Shown: one piece after another, positions 17,253 through 24,981 of the stretch | Position numbering within the stretch: the stretch's first letter is position 1 | How the letters are laid out: each line of letters starts with the position of its first letter | From: a virus | Taxonomy: Duplodnaviria; Caudoviricetes | DNA: 25,365 nt | Reading direction: 5' to 3' (one strand) | IMG/VR virus record: IMGVR_UViG_3300027808_000151 | Location: 1-25,365 of that record | Notes under the pieces: model-generated | Told to the model about the DNA's origin: nothing | What the model saw: the letters and a program-made list of their open reading frames with translations, nothing else | Databases searched by the model: none | Translations under genes and position numbers: made by a program

Positions 17253-17281
17253 ATTATACACCAATTAATGTAAAAATGCAA
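17253..17281 (-). promoter_or_regulatory. sigma70-like promoter for the primase-nrd operon
   Basis: TTGCAT-17 nt-TATAAT. Confidence 0.7.
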
Positions 17282-17570
17282 GTATTTTTTCTGCGTGACC
17301 GGAAAGTATTCCGGCAAATGCTACGGCACCGGCAACCATCCATACCATTTTTTGACGGATCTTTTCCAGATCACCTATTTTTTTGGCAAGTTCGGCATGT
17401 TGAGTGCATGATGCACTATACATTTCTTCCAATTTTTCTACCAAACTTTCCCGAGTTTTATCAAGACATTCATGCATGTCTTTAACATCAATTTTTAATT
17501 CATCCATTTTTTCATTAAGGTTCTCCACCTTAGTTTCAACAATACCGATTCTTTCGACTGTAGTTGCCAT
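17265..17570 (-). CDS. coiled-coil protein with C-terminal TM helix (XhlA/holin-like architecture)
   Basis: Heptad-rich N-terminus, hydrophobic MVWMVAGAVAFAGIL. Confidence 0.7.
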   Translation of the reverse strand: MATTVERIGIVETKVENLNEKMDELKIDVKDMHECLDKTRESLVEKLEEMYSASCTQHAELAKKIGDLEKIRQKMVWMVAGAVAFAGILSGHAEKILAFLH

Positions 17571-17596
17571 TTAGTTCTTTCTTGTAAGTTTAAACT

Positions 17597-17794
17597 TTAT
17601 TTTTTCACAGGTACTTCTGTACCTTCAAGTTTTTTATGAACTTTCATTTCTTTACAGTTTTGTTTTGGTTTGCCTGATTTGTCTTTAACAACTTGGCCTT
17701 GTTTGTCTTTTACATCAACACATACTTTAACTTTTTCTGCAGCTTGTGCAAACAATGATAGGCATAGGCCTGTAACTAATAGTAATTTTTTCAT
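17597..17794 (-). CDS. small secreted basic protein
   Basis: Signal peptide MKKLLLVTGLCLSLFAQA; Cys pair; AAGGA RBS. Confidence 0.7.
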   Translation of the reverse strand: MKKLLLVTGLCLSLFAQAAEKVKVCVDVKDKQGQVVKDKSGKPKQNCKEMKVHKKLEGTEVPVKK

Positions 17795-17814
17795 TTTATT
17801 TTCCTTTATATTTT

Positions 17815-18045
17815 TTACCAAGTGACTGCGCCGGTGGTTATTTTACGCAAAGCCATGTTAATTAAACTGAGTGCTACCATTTGGTATTCTACAGGTAATA
17901 CGAAACCATAACTGGCCTGTACGATAACAGCTACACCTGCAATAATGTTGGTCCAAAATGTTTTACTGTAGTACCACTTTTTACCTGTCATTTCTCCTTC
18001 AATGACTTCTGCTACTGCTTCGGAGATTTTTTGATTTGTTGCCAT
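17815..18045 (-). CDS. putative holin (2 TM)
   Basis: KKWYYSKTFW followed by two TM segments and INMALR.IT; lies in the lysis cluster. Confidence 0.6.
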   Translation of the reverse strand: MATNQKISEAVAEVIEGEMTGKKWYYSKTFWTNIIAGVAVIVQASYGFVLPVEYQMVALSLINMALRKITTGAVTW

Positions 18046-18053
18046 ATTAGTCC

Positions 18054-18545
18054 TTAGAGTTCTGGTTGTGGTGCTGGTGCTGGGGCAGGTTTTCCACCGA
18101 AGCCGGTAACGACTTGTGGTTGAGGTAAGCTTCCAAAGCCGCTTGCGCCAGAGCTTGTTGATGTTGTGGTGTTAATTGTTGGCGTTCCAAATCCTGTATT
18201 ACTACCAGAGCTTGTTGAAGTTGTTGTGTTTGGTGCATTTGGTGGTCCTGAAATGGTTGGAGGTTTATTTGCTGCTTCTAGTGCTTTTGCTCTTAAATCC
18301 TTATCATTACCAGCTAACATGATACCAGATAAAGTACCTGTTAAAAATGTTGCAATCGGAATAATCAATTCGAAAAACTTTTGGTCAATCGGAGAAATTG
18401 CATTTAATGGTTGCGTAACAAAAATGATGGAGTATAACACAACAAATACAATACCTGTTAATGTTAATGCCAAACAGATACCGATGAAAAATTTCAGTCG
18501 AGCCATCAACTGTTCTTCTGTATACATAAAATTATTATTTTCCAC
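18054..18545 (-). CDS. 2-TM membrane protein with P/T/S/G-rich tail (holin-like)
   Basis: GTG start with AAGGAG; two TM helices; low-complexity C-terminus. Confidence 0.7.
   Translation of the reverse strand: MENNNFMYTEEQLMARLKFFIGICLALTLTGIVFVVLYSIIFVTQPLNAISPIDQKFFELIIPIATFLTGTLSGIMLAGNDKDLRAKALEAANKPPTISGPPNAPNTTTSTSSGSNTGFGTPTINTTTSTSSGASGFGSLPQPQVVTGFGGKPAPAPAPQPEL
18148..18230. repeat. 26-nt imperfect direct repeat (NTTTSTSSG x2)
   Basis: ccagagcttgttgatgttgtggtgtt (18148-18173) and ccagagcttgttgaagttgttgtgtt (18205-18230). Confidence 0.75.
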
Positions 18546-18837
18546 AATTCGCTCCTTGTTGTGCTTGTTGGCATGATGGTGCCGTTGATTTTAATTGTTG
18601 TTCTGCTAATACATTTTGTGCTTCTTTAGGTGGACCCAATCTCGGATCTCTCTGACCTTTGAAGATGTGTTCGGGACATGTTCGTGTTACATCACACACT
18701 GGAAATTTGCAAAAATCTTCCTCCCAATTTTTTGGATCTTGGCATGGATAACGGAATCTGTCTCCACCAAAAAATGCTAATGTTAGTGGCAATATAATTA
18801 ATCCGAGTGCTACAAGAAATAGTTTTTTATCTTGCAT
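18535..18837 (-). CDS. single-TM Cys-rich protein in the lysis cassette
   Basis: N-terminal TM then DRFRYPCQDP..W....CK.P.C....TCP. Confidence 0.75.
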   Translation of the reverse strand: MQDKKLFLVALGLIILPLTLAFFGGDRFRYPCQDPKNWEEDFCKFPVCDVTRTCPEHIFKGQRDPRLGPPKEAQNVLAEQQLKSTAPSCQQAQQGANCGK

Positions 18838-18839
18838 AA

Positions 18840-19463
18840 TTATACTCCAAAAACATGAAGTGCGTGTTCATAGTGCTTAATGCGGTCTTCGAGACCAATA
18901 GTACCACCATTGATTCGTTTTGTTAATGTGACGATATCACCTTTGTCGGCCCATTGGTTTAAGTTATTTGTTTCCCAAAACCAACATGCGGATTGTGCTG
19001 CACCTTCAAATGTTGCTAGATATTCTGAAGCTTCTTCAACCGAAATACCAAGACTGCCGGCAAAGAATGTATAGTTGTCGCGGCCGGTCAATTGAATTAA
19101 ACCACGGCCGCAGAATTTATAACCATCACCCGTTTCAGGAGAACCATTACCCATGCGATTAGCGTAAACCAAATTAGCAATGGCTTCTTGTTTATTAGGC
19201 ATCGAGGCATACTTGTTGGCCATTTCGTCTGTTGGAAAATACTTTGGAAAAATTTTACGAAGTGTTGCGGCTTTGTAATTTAAATTTTCCTTAAGTACCA
19301 TAAAACCACCAGACTCATGAGCGCATTGTGCTATAAAAGCCGCCATTCTTTGTGGTGTATTGATTTCATAATCCGGAAACAAGATCGATAAGGCATTGTG
19401 CCAATGATCTAGATATGGGTTTTTTGGAAGTAATTGTTTTAATTGTTCTTTTGTCAGTTCCAT
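18840..19463 (-). CDS. GH19 chitinase-like endolysin
   Basis: FIAQCAHESGG, ENLNY, GRGLIQLTGRDNY, TKRINGG..GLEDR. Confidence 0.93.
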   Translation of the reverse strand: MELTKEQLKQLLPKNPYLDHWHNALSILFPDYEINTPQRMAAFIAQCAHESGGFMVLKENLNYKAATLRKIFPKYFPTDEMANKYASMPNKQEAIANLVYANRMGNGSPETGDGYKFCGRGLIQLTGRDNYTFFAGSLGISVEEASEYLATFEGAAQSACWFWETNNLNQWADKGDIVTLTKRINGGTIGLEDRIKHYEHALHVFGV

Positions 19464-19720
19464 TATTTTACACTTTCAAAAATATGTTTTTGTTTTTGAT
19501 ACCATTCAATCCATGCATCATTTTTCACCGCACATTCATAATACGTATTATAATTTATTGTGATAGTTTTACTTATATCACTAAGTTTAGAATCTTCTTG
19601 TAATTTTTGTAATTGTGGACATGAAGTCATTGCAATATTTCCAGGAGAATCTGGAAATTGTCTAGTGACTGGAACAGTGGTCGAACATCCAACAAGTAAT
19701 ACTAATAAGAGATATTTCAT
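19463..19720 (-). CDS. o-spanin (Rz1-like lipoprotein)
   Basis: Lipobox LVGC, Pro-rich segment, CP.L, NY..Y.EC. Confidence 0.8.
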   Translation of the reverse strand: MKYLLLVLLVGCSTTVPVTRQFPDSPGNIAMTSCPQLQKLQEDSKLSDISKTITINYNTYYECAVKNDAWIEWYQKQKHIFESVK

Positions 19721-20163
19721 TTTGGTGCCTCTGCTGCATCATTATGTGCCTTGATAAACTCTTTAGGTATCTCACAGACACCACCTGGAGCAAATTTTGT
19801 GTCATATTTGACCACTTCTCTATCCACGTATTTAACGATATCATCACCACGGGTTTTGATAATTTGTGTCTTGTTTACCACTTTTTCAACAATCTTTATA
19901 TTTTCTTCTTTAGATTGTATTTCTGATGCAGCAACTTTTTCTTCCATCTCTTTTACTCTGGCCTGCCATGATTCTTCATTTGATATTGCACCAGACATAT
20001 AAGTGCCTAATGCAATCAGGACAACAGAAACCGCTTGTATTGGTGTCCGATACACATATACAAGCGGTATAAATTTCATTACGTAAGTTGCTAACAGACC
20101 TAACAGACCTGCAAAAAATATTACGTAAAAAATCCAATTAGGTAACCATTGAAGAATCCACAT
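19717..20163 (-). CDS. i-spanin (Rz-like)
   Basis: N-terminal TM helices, coiled coil, C-terminal C.IP..F...HN.AA; ATGA-coupled to the o-spanin. Confidence 0.75.
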   Translation of the reverse strand: MWILQWLPNWIFYVIFFAGLLGLLATYVMKFIPLVYVYRTPIQAVSVVLIALGTYMSGAISNEESWQARVKEMEEKVAASEIQSKEENIKIVEKVVNKTQIIKTRGDDIVKYVDREVVKYDTKFAPGGVCEIPKEFIKAHNDAAEAPK

Positions 20164-20164
20164 A

Positions 20165-20803
20165 TTACATCTTTGGAGTTTTTCGTTTATAGAATGACAT
20201 TAATGGGTTTCTTTTTTTAGAAACACCTGGTTCTCCGGCCGTACCACCAGAACCTGCAATGTTGCCGGTACCTACAGCGTTAGTTGGTGCAGCTGACATA
20301 ACTTCTTCGGTAGCAACATTAATAGGTGCACCACGGCGCTCTGGATTAGGATCTTCTCTGCGTTTTCTTCTTGCTGCACTTGCACGACCTTCTTTGCCTA
20401 ATGCCTGTGCTTTTGATTGAGGCAAACATTTTGGTTTGCCTTCACCAGGTTCGCGAGCACAATCACCTTTAATGTTCCCCTTGGTGTCCATACGGACCCA
20501 TTTTTGTTTAAACCATTTTCTTAAATCTTCATTGATCCAATTGTCTGGAGTTTTTCCATGTTTAGACTTAAAATCATCATGTAATTCTTTACCTGTTATG
20601 TCATGATCTTTGGATATTCTCATCATCAATTTATTGATGGTTTCATAATCATGGTTATCCAATTGCTTTAAACCATTTTCCAGTTCTTTTACATGATCTT
20701 CTTTTCTGCAACTTCCTGGAGAAAAAGGTTCTTTACCTGGAACAGGTTTATGACCTGGCCAGCATCGACCTTTTTCCTCTAAGTATTCTTTGAATGTTTT
20801 CAT
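20165..20803 (-). CDS. putative internal head protein (modular)
   Basis: N-terminus MKTFKEYLEE resembles the T4 capsid-targeting sequence; basic modules end in xxE. Confidence 0.65.
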   Translation of the reverse strand: MKTFKEYLEEKGRCWPGHKPVPGKEPFSPGSCRKEDHVKELENGLKQLDNHDYETINKLMMRISKDHDITGKELHDDFKSKHGKTPDNWINEDLRKWFKQKWVRMDTKGNIKGDCAREPGEGKPKCLPQSKAQALGKEGRASAARRKRREDPNPERRGAPINVATEEVMSAAPTNAVGTGNIAGSGGTAGEPGVSKKRNPLMSFYKRKTPKM

Positions 20804-21186
20804 ATGTGTCTTAATATCTCTGCGACATTTATATCTAGTGGTATTTCCGATGATACTATAGTTTTTCCATTTATACCATAAACAAAATCAGGCATGATAT
20901 CCAAATAATCTAAAAAAGTTTTTAGAATATCATAATCACGAACATCAGTCTTATAGAACAATATTCTTGCGGTTGCTTCTGGACCAAAAACATTATTCAA
21001 TAAAATGATGTGGTTCATAATCAATCGTTCTTTGAGAGATTTAGTTATCTTGTATCTACGAAACAATCTTTTTAAGTATTTCGTTCTCTTGATATCTCCC
21101 TCAAATTCCGACATGATACAGTGTGGCGATGTATAGCATTTCATTGCATACATCATAAAATTATCTTCATTCAAATCATCAAACAT
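20800..21186 (-). CDS. conserved T4-superfamily hypothetical protein
   Basis: NF..YA.K.Y..P.C...EF..D.KR.KY.KRL...ERLI.NHII.L.NVFG pattern. Confidence 0.8.
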   Translation of the reverse strand: MFDDLNEDNFMMYAMKCYTSPHCIMSEFEGDIKRTKYLKRLFRRYKITKSLKERLIMNHIILLNNVFGPEATARILFYKTDVRDYDILKTFLDYLDIMPDFVYGINGKTIVSSEIPLDINVAEILRHI

Positions 21187-21189
21187 ATT

Positions 21190-21214
21190 AAAGAGGGGCC
21201 GAAGCCCCTTTTTT
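21190..21214 (-). terminator. cUUCGg-tetraloop terminator (possibly bidirectional)
   Basis: Minus strand AGGGGC-TTCG-GCCCCT-CTTT; T6 on the + side. Confidence 0.85.
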
Positions 21215-22076
21215 AATTATCAGGTAATACGAGATCGTCTGAACCATCACCAATTGGATTTGCTAAAGCGACCAATGTTTCATACTGTACACGACCAGCA
21301 CGACCACCACTACCAACAGTACGAAGCACCCAACCAGGCTGAGTAACTTGTGTACCACCAGCACCAGAACCAAGTGATGATACAGCAGTTGCTTGCTCAC
21401 CAGTTGCTTGAATCTCAAAGTACTGAGCATTGTTACCGGTACCAGAAATATCAACAGTAGCGCCGCCAGAAGTTGCTGATACTTTGAATGCGTTTGCAGT
21501 TAAACCAGAAGCTATAACATAGTATGTTGTGGTGGAAGTTAAACCAGTAGCTGAAGCACCACCACCATTGTTGTAAATAACTGCATCACCCGCTACTAAA
21601 CCGTGAGCAGTATAAGCGATAGTATCAGTACCTGTTGTAATAGCAGAAGTAGGAATGGTACGTATTGCTTTAGCAACAACAACAGTTGGTGCTGAAGTAT
21701 AACCCAGGCCTGTGGCGGTGACAGCAATTGAGGTAACTACTCCGCCAGCGATAGATGCAGTAGCTGCAGCAGTAGAACCACCACCGCCAGAGAATGTAAC
21801 TGCTGGTGCTTCTAGATAACGAGCACCACCAGTTGAAACTGATACTGCGGTTACGTTGTCACTACCAGCACCACTTTCAGTGCCATTTACCATAAACAAA
21901 CCAATTGTTTGATTAGTTGTATAAGCATTAGGACTTGTATTACCATAAAGTAATGCAACGTTTGCTGCGGTAGGTTCAGCCGCAACGGCTTTTACATCAG
22001 CGTGATTTACTATTGTAGAGTTAACGGCCCAGTATGGTGCGTTAGCTGCGTTATCGTTATTTCCCCAAGATGACAT
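21213..22076 (-). CDS. virion structural protein (fibre/decoration-like, A/T/G-rich)
   Basis: MSSWGNND N-terminus, two G..Y..AP.V repeats, HGL..GD.V.Y module, GWV.RTVG.GGRAGRVQYETLVA C-terminus; AAGGAG RBS, late promoter and own terminator. Confidence 0.75.
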   Translation of the reverse strand: MSSWGNNDNAANAPYWAVNSTIVNHADVKAVAAEPTAANVALLYGNTSPNAYTTNQTIGLFMVNGTESGAGSDNVTAVSVSTGGARYLEAPAVTFSGGGGSTAAATASIAGGVVTSIAVTATGLGYTSAPTVVVAKAIRTIPTSAITTGTDTIAYTAHGLVAGDAVIYNNGGGASATGLTSTTTYYVIASGLTANAFKVSATSGGATVDISGTGNNAQYFEIQATGEQATAVSSLGSGAGGTQVTQPGWVLRTVGSGGRAGRVQYETLVALANPIGDGSDDLVLPDN

Positions 22077-22108
22077 TTTATTCTCCTTTTAACCGAGGGT
22101 TATGTTAC

Positions 22109-22116
22109 TATTTATC
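22109..22116 (-). promoter_or_regulatory. T4-type late promoter variant
   Basis: GATAAATA (7/8 match to TATAAATA) about 33 nt upstream of the structural gene. Confidence 0.6.
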
Positions 22117-23377
22117 TTTTTCCAGAATCGGGTCTACTACGCATCTTCATCATAGGATCGATTTCGATGGTATCTCTCTTTTCACCAGTTAAGGTGGTGC
22201 CACCCGTCATAATTGCAGCGGCCTGTGGTTTCTCCATATTGGAATTATCTGTTGTTCTTTGGATTTTCGGTTTCTTACCATAGGTTGCAACAGACTTATC
22301 TTCCTTTTCGTGGTCATAAATCTCCTCTTTCATGCCTTTCCTTTTATAGATGGACTTAATGATTCGAGCAGACTTGGACATTTGAATTAGTTTCTTACCT
22401 TTATCTTTTGCTGCATCATCAGCTTTCTTTTGACGAGCCTGAATAGAGTTATTGTAATTTGGTTGATCCATAGGTTTAAATGATTCTATTTCTTCTTTTT
22501 GTACAGGCTTTTGTTCTGGTGCATATTTCTTTTTTAAATATTTGTCGACCTTACGAGCATATTCGTCTTTCACTTCCTCTTTTTGCACAGGCTTTTGTTC
22601 TGGTGGTTTCTTATTCAACAATTCGTTACCTAAACGCTCTTCACGTTCACGTTTCTCTTTGGCTTGTTGTAAGGCCTTGTACATACGAATAGAAGCTGAT
22701 GCAGCTTCATTAACATCTTCATTCTTACTGTTTAGATAGTTACCAACAGTATCAATATAGTCTGTTGCTAATGTTAATTTTGACTGAACCCATGCAGGTA
22801 GTTGTTTTTCATAGTCTGTACCAATGTAATCACGAACCATGTTTACGGCACGTTCCATTTGGTCCAACTGATTCAAAACCATACTACCTTCATCATCCAT
22901 CATTTGACCCATTGCAATCGCAATATGATTTTCATCAAGTTCAAGACCTTCTCTTAGTCTTGTCACAAAGGTATAGTCTTTCATTGTCAACACACCTTTT
23001 TTACGAATGTGTATTAACTTCTCAACAACCTTGTGCAAATCCATATCAGTCTTTGCATCTTCACGAGCATACTCCAACATACGAATCAACAATGGAATAT
23101 CAAACATGATAACATCCATCTTGTCAATTGCTTCTGTGATGGACTCTATCATGTGGTCTCTTTTCCACTTGATGAATTGTCCTGTCTTGGAATGCGAAAC
23201 CTTCTGGTCTTTTGTTGCAAATTCCGGATTAATACCTCTAGATTTCAAATAGGTGTTCAAAGCAGCATCTTCCGAAATGTTTGCTTTTGCAGACCACGGA
23301 TCTCTAGGATTGGTACCGAAAGTTGGCTTATCTGCGGTGCCTTTGACTATTGATTTTATTGTTTGCGCTTTGCTCAT
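22112..23377 (-). CDS. putative internal head/core protein (modular, Glu-delimited)
   Basis: 421 aa, highly charged, recurrent ISE/ITE/LDE/VNE/KEE junctions. Confidence 0.65.
   Translation of the reverse strand: MSKAQTIKSIVKGTADKPTFGTNPRDPWSAKANISEDAALNTYLKSRGINPEFATKDQKVSHSKTGQFIKWKRDHMIESITEAIDKMDVIMFDIPLLIRMLEYAREDAKTDMDLHKVVEKLIHIRKKGVLTMKDYTFVTRLREGLELDENHIAIAMGQMMDDEGSMVLNQLDQMERAVNMVRDYIGTDYEKQLPAWVQSKLTLATDYIDTVGNYLNSKNEDVNEAASASIRMYKALQQAKEKREREERLGNELLNKKPPEQKPVQKEEVKDEYARKVDKYLKKKYAPEQKPVQKEEIESFKPMDQPNYNNSIQARQKKADDAAKDKGKKLIQMSKSARIIKSIYKRKGMKEEIYDHEKEDKSVATYGKKPKIQRTTDNSNMEKPQAAAIMTGGTTLTGEKRDTIEIDPMMKMRSRPDSGKR
22490..22605. repeat. 32-nt direct repeat (30/32 identical) 84 nt apart, encoding PEQKPVQKEE
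   Basis: 22490-22521 and 22574-22605. Confidence 0.85.
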
Positions 23378-23385
23378 TTTTTACC

Positions 23386-23550
23386 TTATTCTGATGTGCC
23401 TGCTTTACCCATCATTTCATTCTTAACTCTTTTCAAAGATTTTTTGGCCAAGTATCTTGCGTGATTCAATGGCTTCAAATCTTCTGCATCATTGATGTTG
23501 GAGACAAAAGGTCCGTCTTCCTGACTGGTTGGTCCTTTTGCCTCAGTTAC
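23386..23550 (-). CDS. 54-aa C-terminal extension of 23547..24464 reached by -1 frameshift
   Basis: VTEAKGPTSQEDGPFVSNINDAEDLKPLNHARYLAKKSLKRVKNEMMGKAGTSE*. No own start or RBS; its stop overlaps the RBS (TAAGGT) of the next gene. Confidence 0.7.
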   Translation of the reverse strand, partial: VTEAKGPTSQEDGPFVSNINDAEDLKPLNHARYLAKKSLKRVKNEMMGKAGTSE

Positions 23551-23556
23551 TTTTTT
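23501..23556 (-). promoter_or_regulatory. putative programmed -1 ribosomal frameshift signal
   Basis: In-frame A AAA AAG heptamer (23556-23550), 5-nt spacer UAACU, then 11-bp stem GAGGCAAAAGG/CCUUUUGUCUC (one G-U pair). Confidence 0.7.
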
Positions 23557-24464
23557 TCTGTGTCCTGTTCTGGTGTGTCTTTTTGTTTAGAACCACCGTA
23601 ACGAGAACCTTGTTTAACGCCAGAACCACCATTTGGTTTTGGCTCCGCACGTTTCTTAACATCAGCCATCATTTCTTCCCAACCTTCTTTGAATTGACGG
23701 AGAGTTTTTGGTTGTCTTTCTTCTTTTGTTAAACGATCAACTGCTTTGTCAACATGGACTTTACGTTTACGTGCATCGGATTTGAACTTATCAGCAAGTG
23801 AAGTAGATGCATTTTTCATTGTATCGCTTCTTGCCTTGGATGCTTGATGTTCAAAATCACCTGCAATTTTACGAGAAATTGTAGAGTCGGCTGATGCTTT
23901 CTTAACATAAGAACCAAGAGTGCTTTTAGACAACTCATCAATTTGTTCAGATTCCTCTTGGACTTTGTTCTGCATCTTAGCTCTAATACCACTAATTGTG
24001 CTATTTGGTTTTAATGCGGCACCAGTATTTGTATCAAAATTCTTACGATCTTGTTGTTTTTGACCTGTAACAACATTACCACGATCTCTCAATTGGCCTA
24101 GTAGGCTTTCATCAACAACTTCTTCTTTCTTCATCTTGTCGTGAGCTTTACCCATGTTCTGTATGTCTTTGGCATTTTCTTTTGAACCAGACTGAGTTTT
24201 GCCCTTCATATATTCAGATTTTTTCTTATCCATGTAAGAACTTAATGTTGACTTAGACAACTCACCAAGTACTTCAACTGCTTCATCAACAGTTTCTTCT
24301 TCTTTGACAGTTTTCTTTTCACCACGAAGAATTTTAAAATCTTCTGGATCAACTTTGTTGTTTTTATTTTTATCAATTAAATGTTGATTGCCCTTGAGTG
24401 CTTCTTGTTGAAGAATTTCTTCAATTGCTGCAACCATGCTATCTTTTTTTCTTAGGTCTATCAT
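23547..24464 (-). CDS. putative internal head polyprotein
   Basis: GGAG RBS; repeated E-LSKSTL.SY modules, KEE/VDE/IDE junctions, EF-hand-like DKNKNNKVDPED. Confidence 0.75.
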   Translation of the reverse strand: MIDLRKKDSMVAAIEEILQQEALKGNQHLIDKNKNNKVDPEDFKILRGEKKTVKEEETVDEAVEVLGELSKSTLSSYMDKKKSEYMKGKTQSGSKENAKDIQNMGKAHDKMKKEEVVDESLLGQLRDRGNVVTGQKQQDRKNFDTNTGAALKPNSTISGIRAKMQNKVQEESEQIDELSKSTLGSYVKKASADSTISRKIAGDFEHQASKARSDTMKNASTSLADKFKSDARKRKVHVDKAVDRLTKEERQPKTLRQFKEGWEEMMADVKKRAEPKPNGGSGVKQGSRYGGSKQKDTPEQDTEKK

Positions 24465-24479
24465 TTTTGTTCTCCGTTT

Positions 24480-24785
24480 TTAGCAATTCCACTTGCGTAG
24501 TGATTTATTGATTCTTGAATCTGGATCCTTGGCGGTTGCCGCAGAAGTTAATCTCTTTTTCATTCCCGACATTCTAGCACAAAAGGATTTACGTCTATTT
24601 GCTGCCTTAGATCCAGGTTTTAATTTTGATGGTTTTGTTGTAACAGCCATCGACAATTTTGAACCAGGATTTTCTGCACGATAAGATGCAATACCTTTTC
24701 TATTTAAGCCACCATCTGGATTTTTTCCAGCAGAACGCTGCCATGCGGCAGTTTCTACCATGAATTCTTTAAAACTTTTTAACAT
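24480..24785 (-). CDS. basic phage protein (DUF6321-like) with capsid-targeting-like N-terminus
   Basis: Start moved to MLKSFKEFMVE; AAWQR..GKNP.GGLN.KG, RRKSFCARM.G and SRINKSLRKWNC (family recalled, not searched). Confidence 0.75.
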   Translation of the reverse strand: MLKSFKEFMVETAAWQRSAGKNPDGGLNRKGIASYRAENPGSKLSMAVTTKPSKLKPGSKAANRRKSFCARMSGMKKRLTSAATAKDPDSRINKSLRKWNC

Positions 24786-24981
24786 TTTTTGCTGCCTGTG
24801 CCATTGTTTCACCTTTAGCTTCTGCTGCTCCGCCGTGGCCAAAGTGTTTTTCTTTTTCAGCCTGGTCAGAATACTCTTTTGCTTTATTCATCAAATGAGC
24901 TTTTTGACGCTTCAATTCCTGAGCGTCATGTTGTTGTGTTACTGGTGTCGATTCTTTGACAAACTCTGTGAATTTTTTCAT
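24769..24981 (-). CDS. small putative internal head protein
   Basis: MKKFTEFVKE N-terminus; ATGA-coupled to the upstream gene. Confidence 0.7.
   Translation of the reverse strand: MKKFTEFVKESTPVTQQHDAQELKRQKAHLMNKAKEYSDQAEKEKHFGHGGAAEAKGETMAQAAKNVKKF

Noticed and set aside
24786-24842. N-terminal 19-aa extension of ORF 24480..24842
   Set aside because: Overlaps the upstream gene; the ATG at 24785 gives the capsid-targeting-like N-terminus shared with neighbouring genes.
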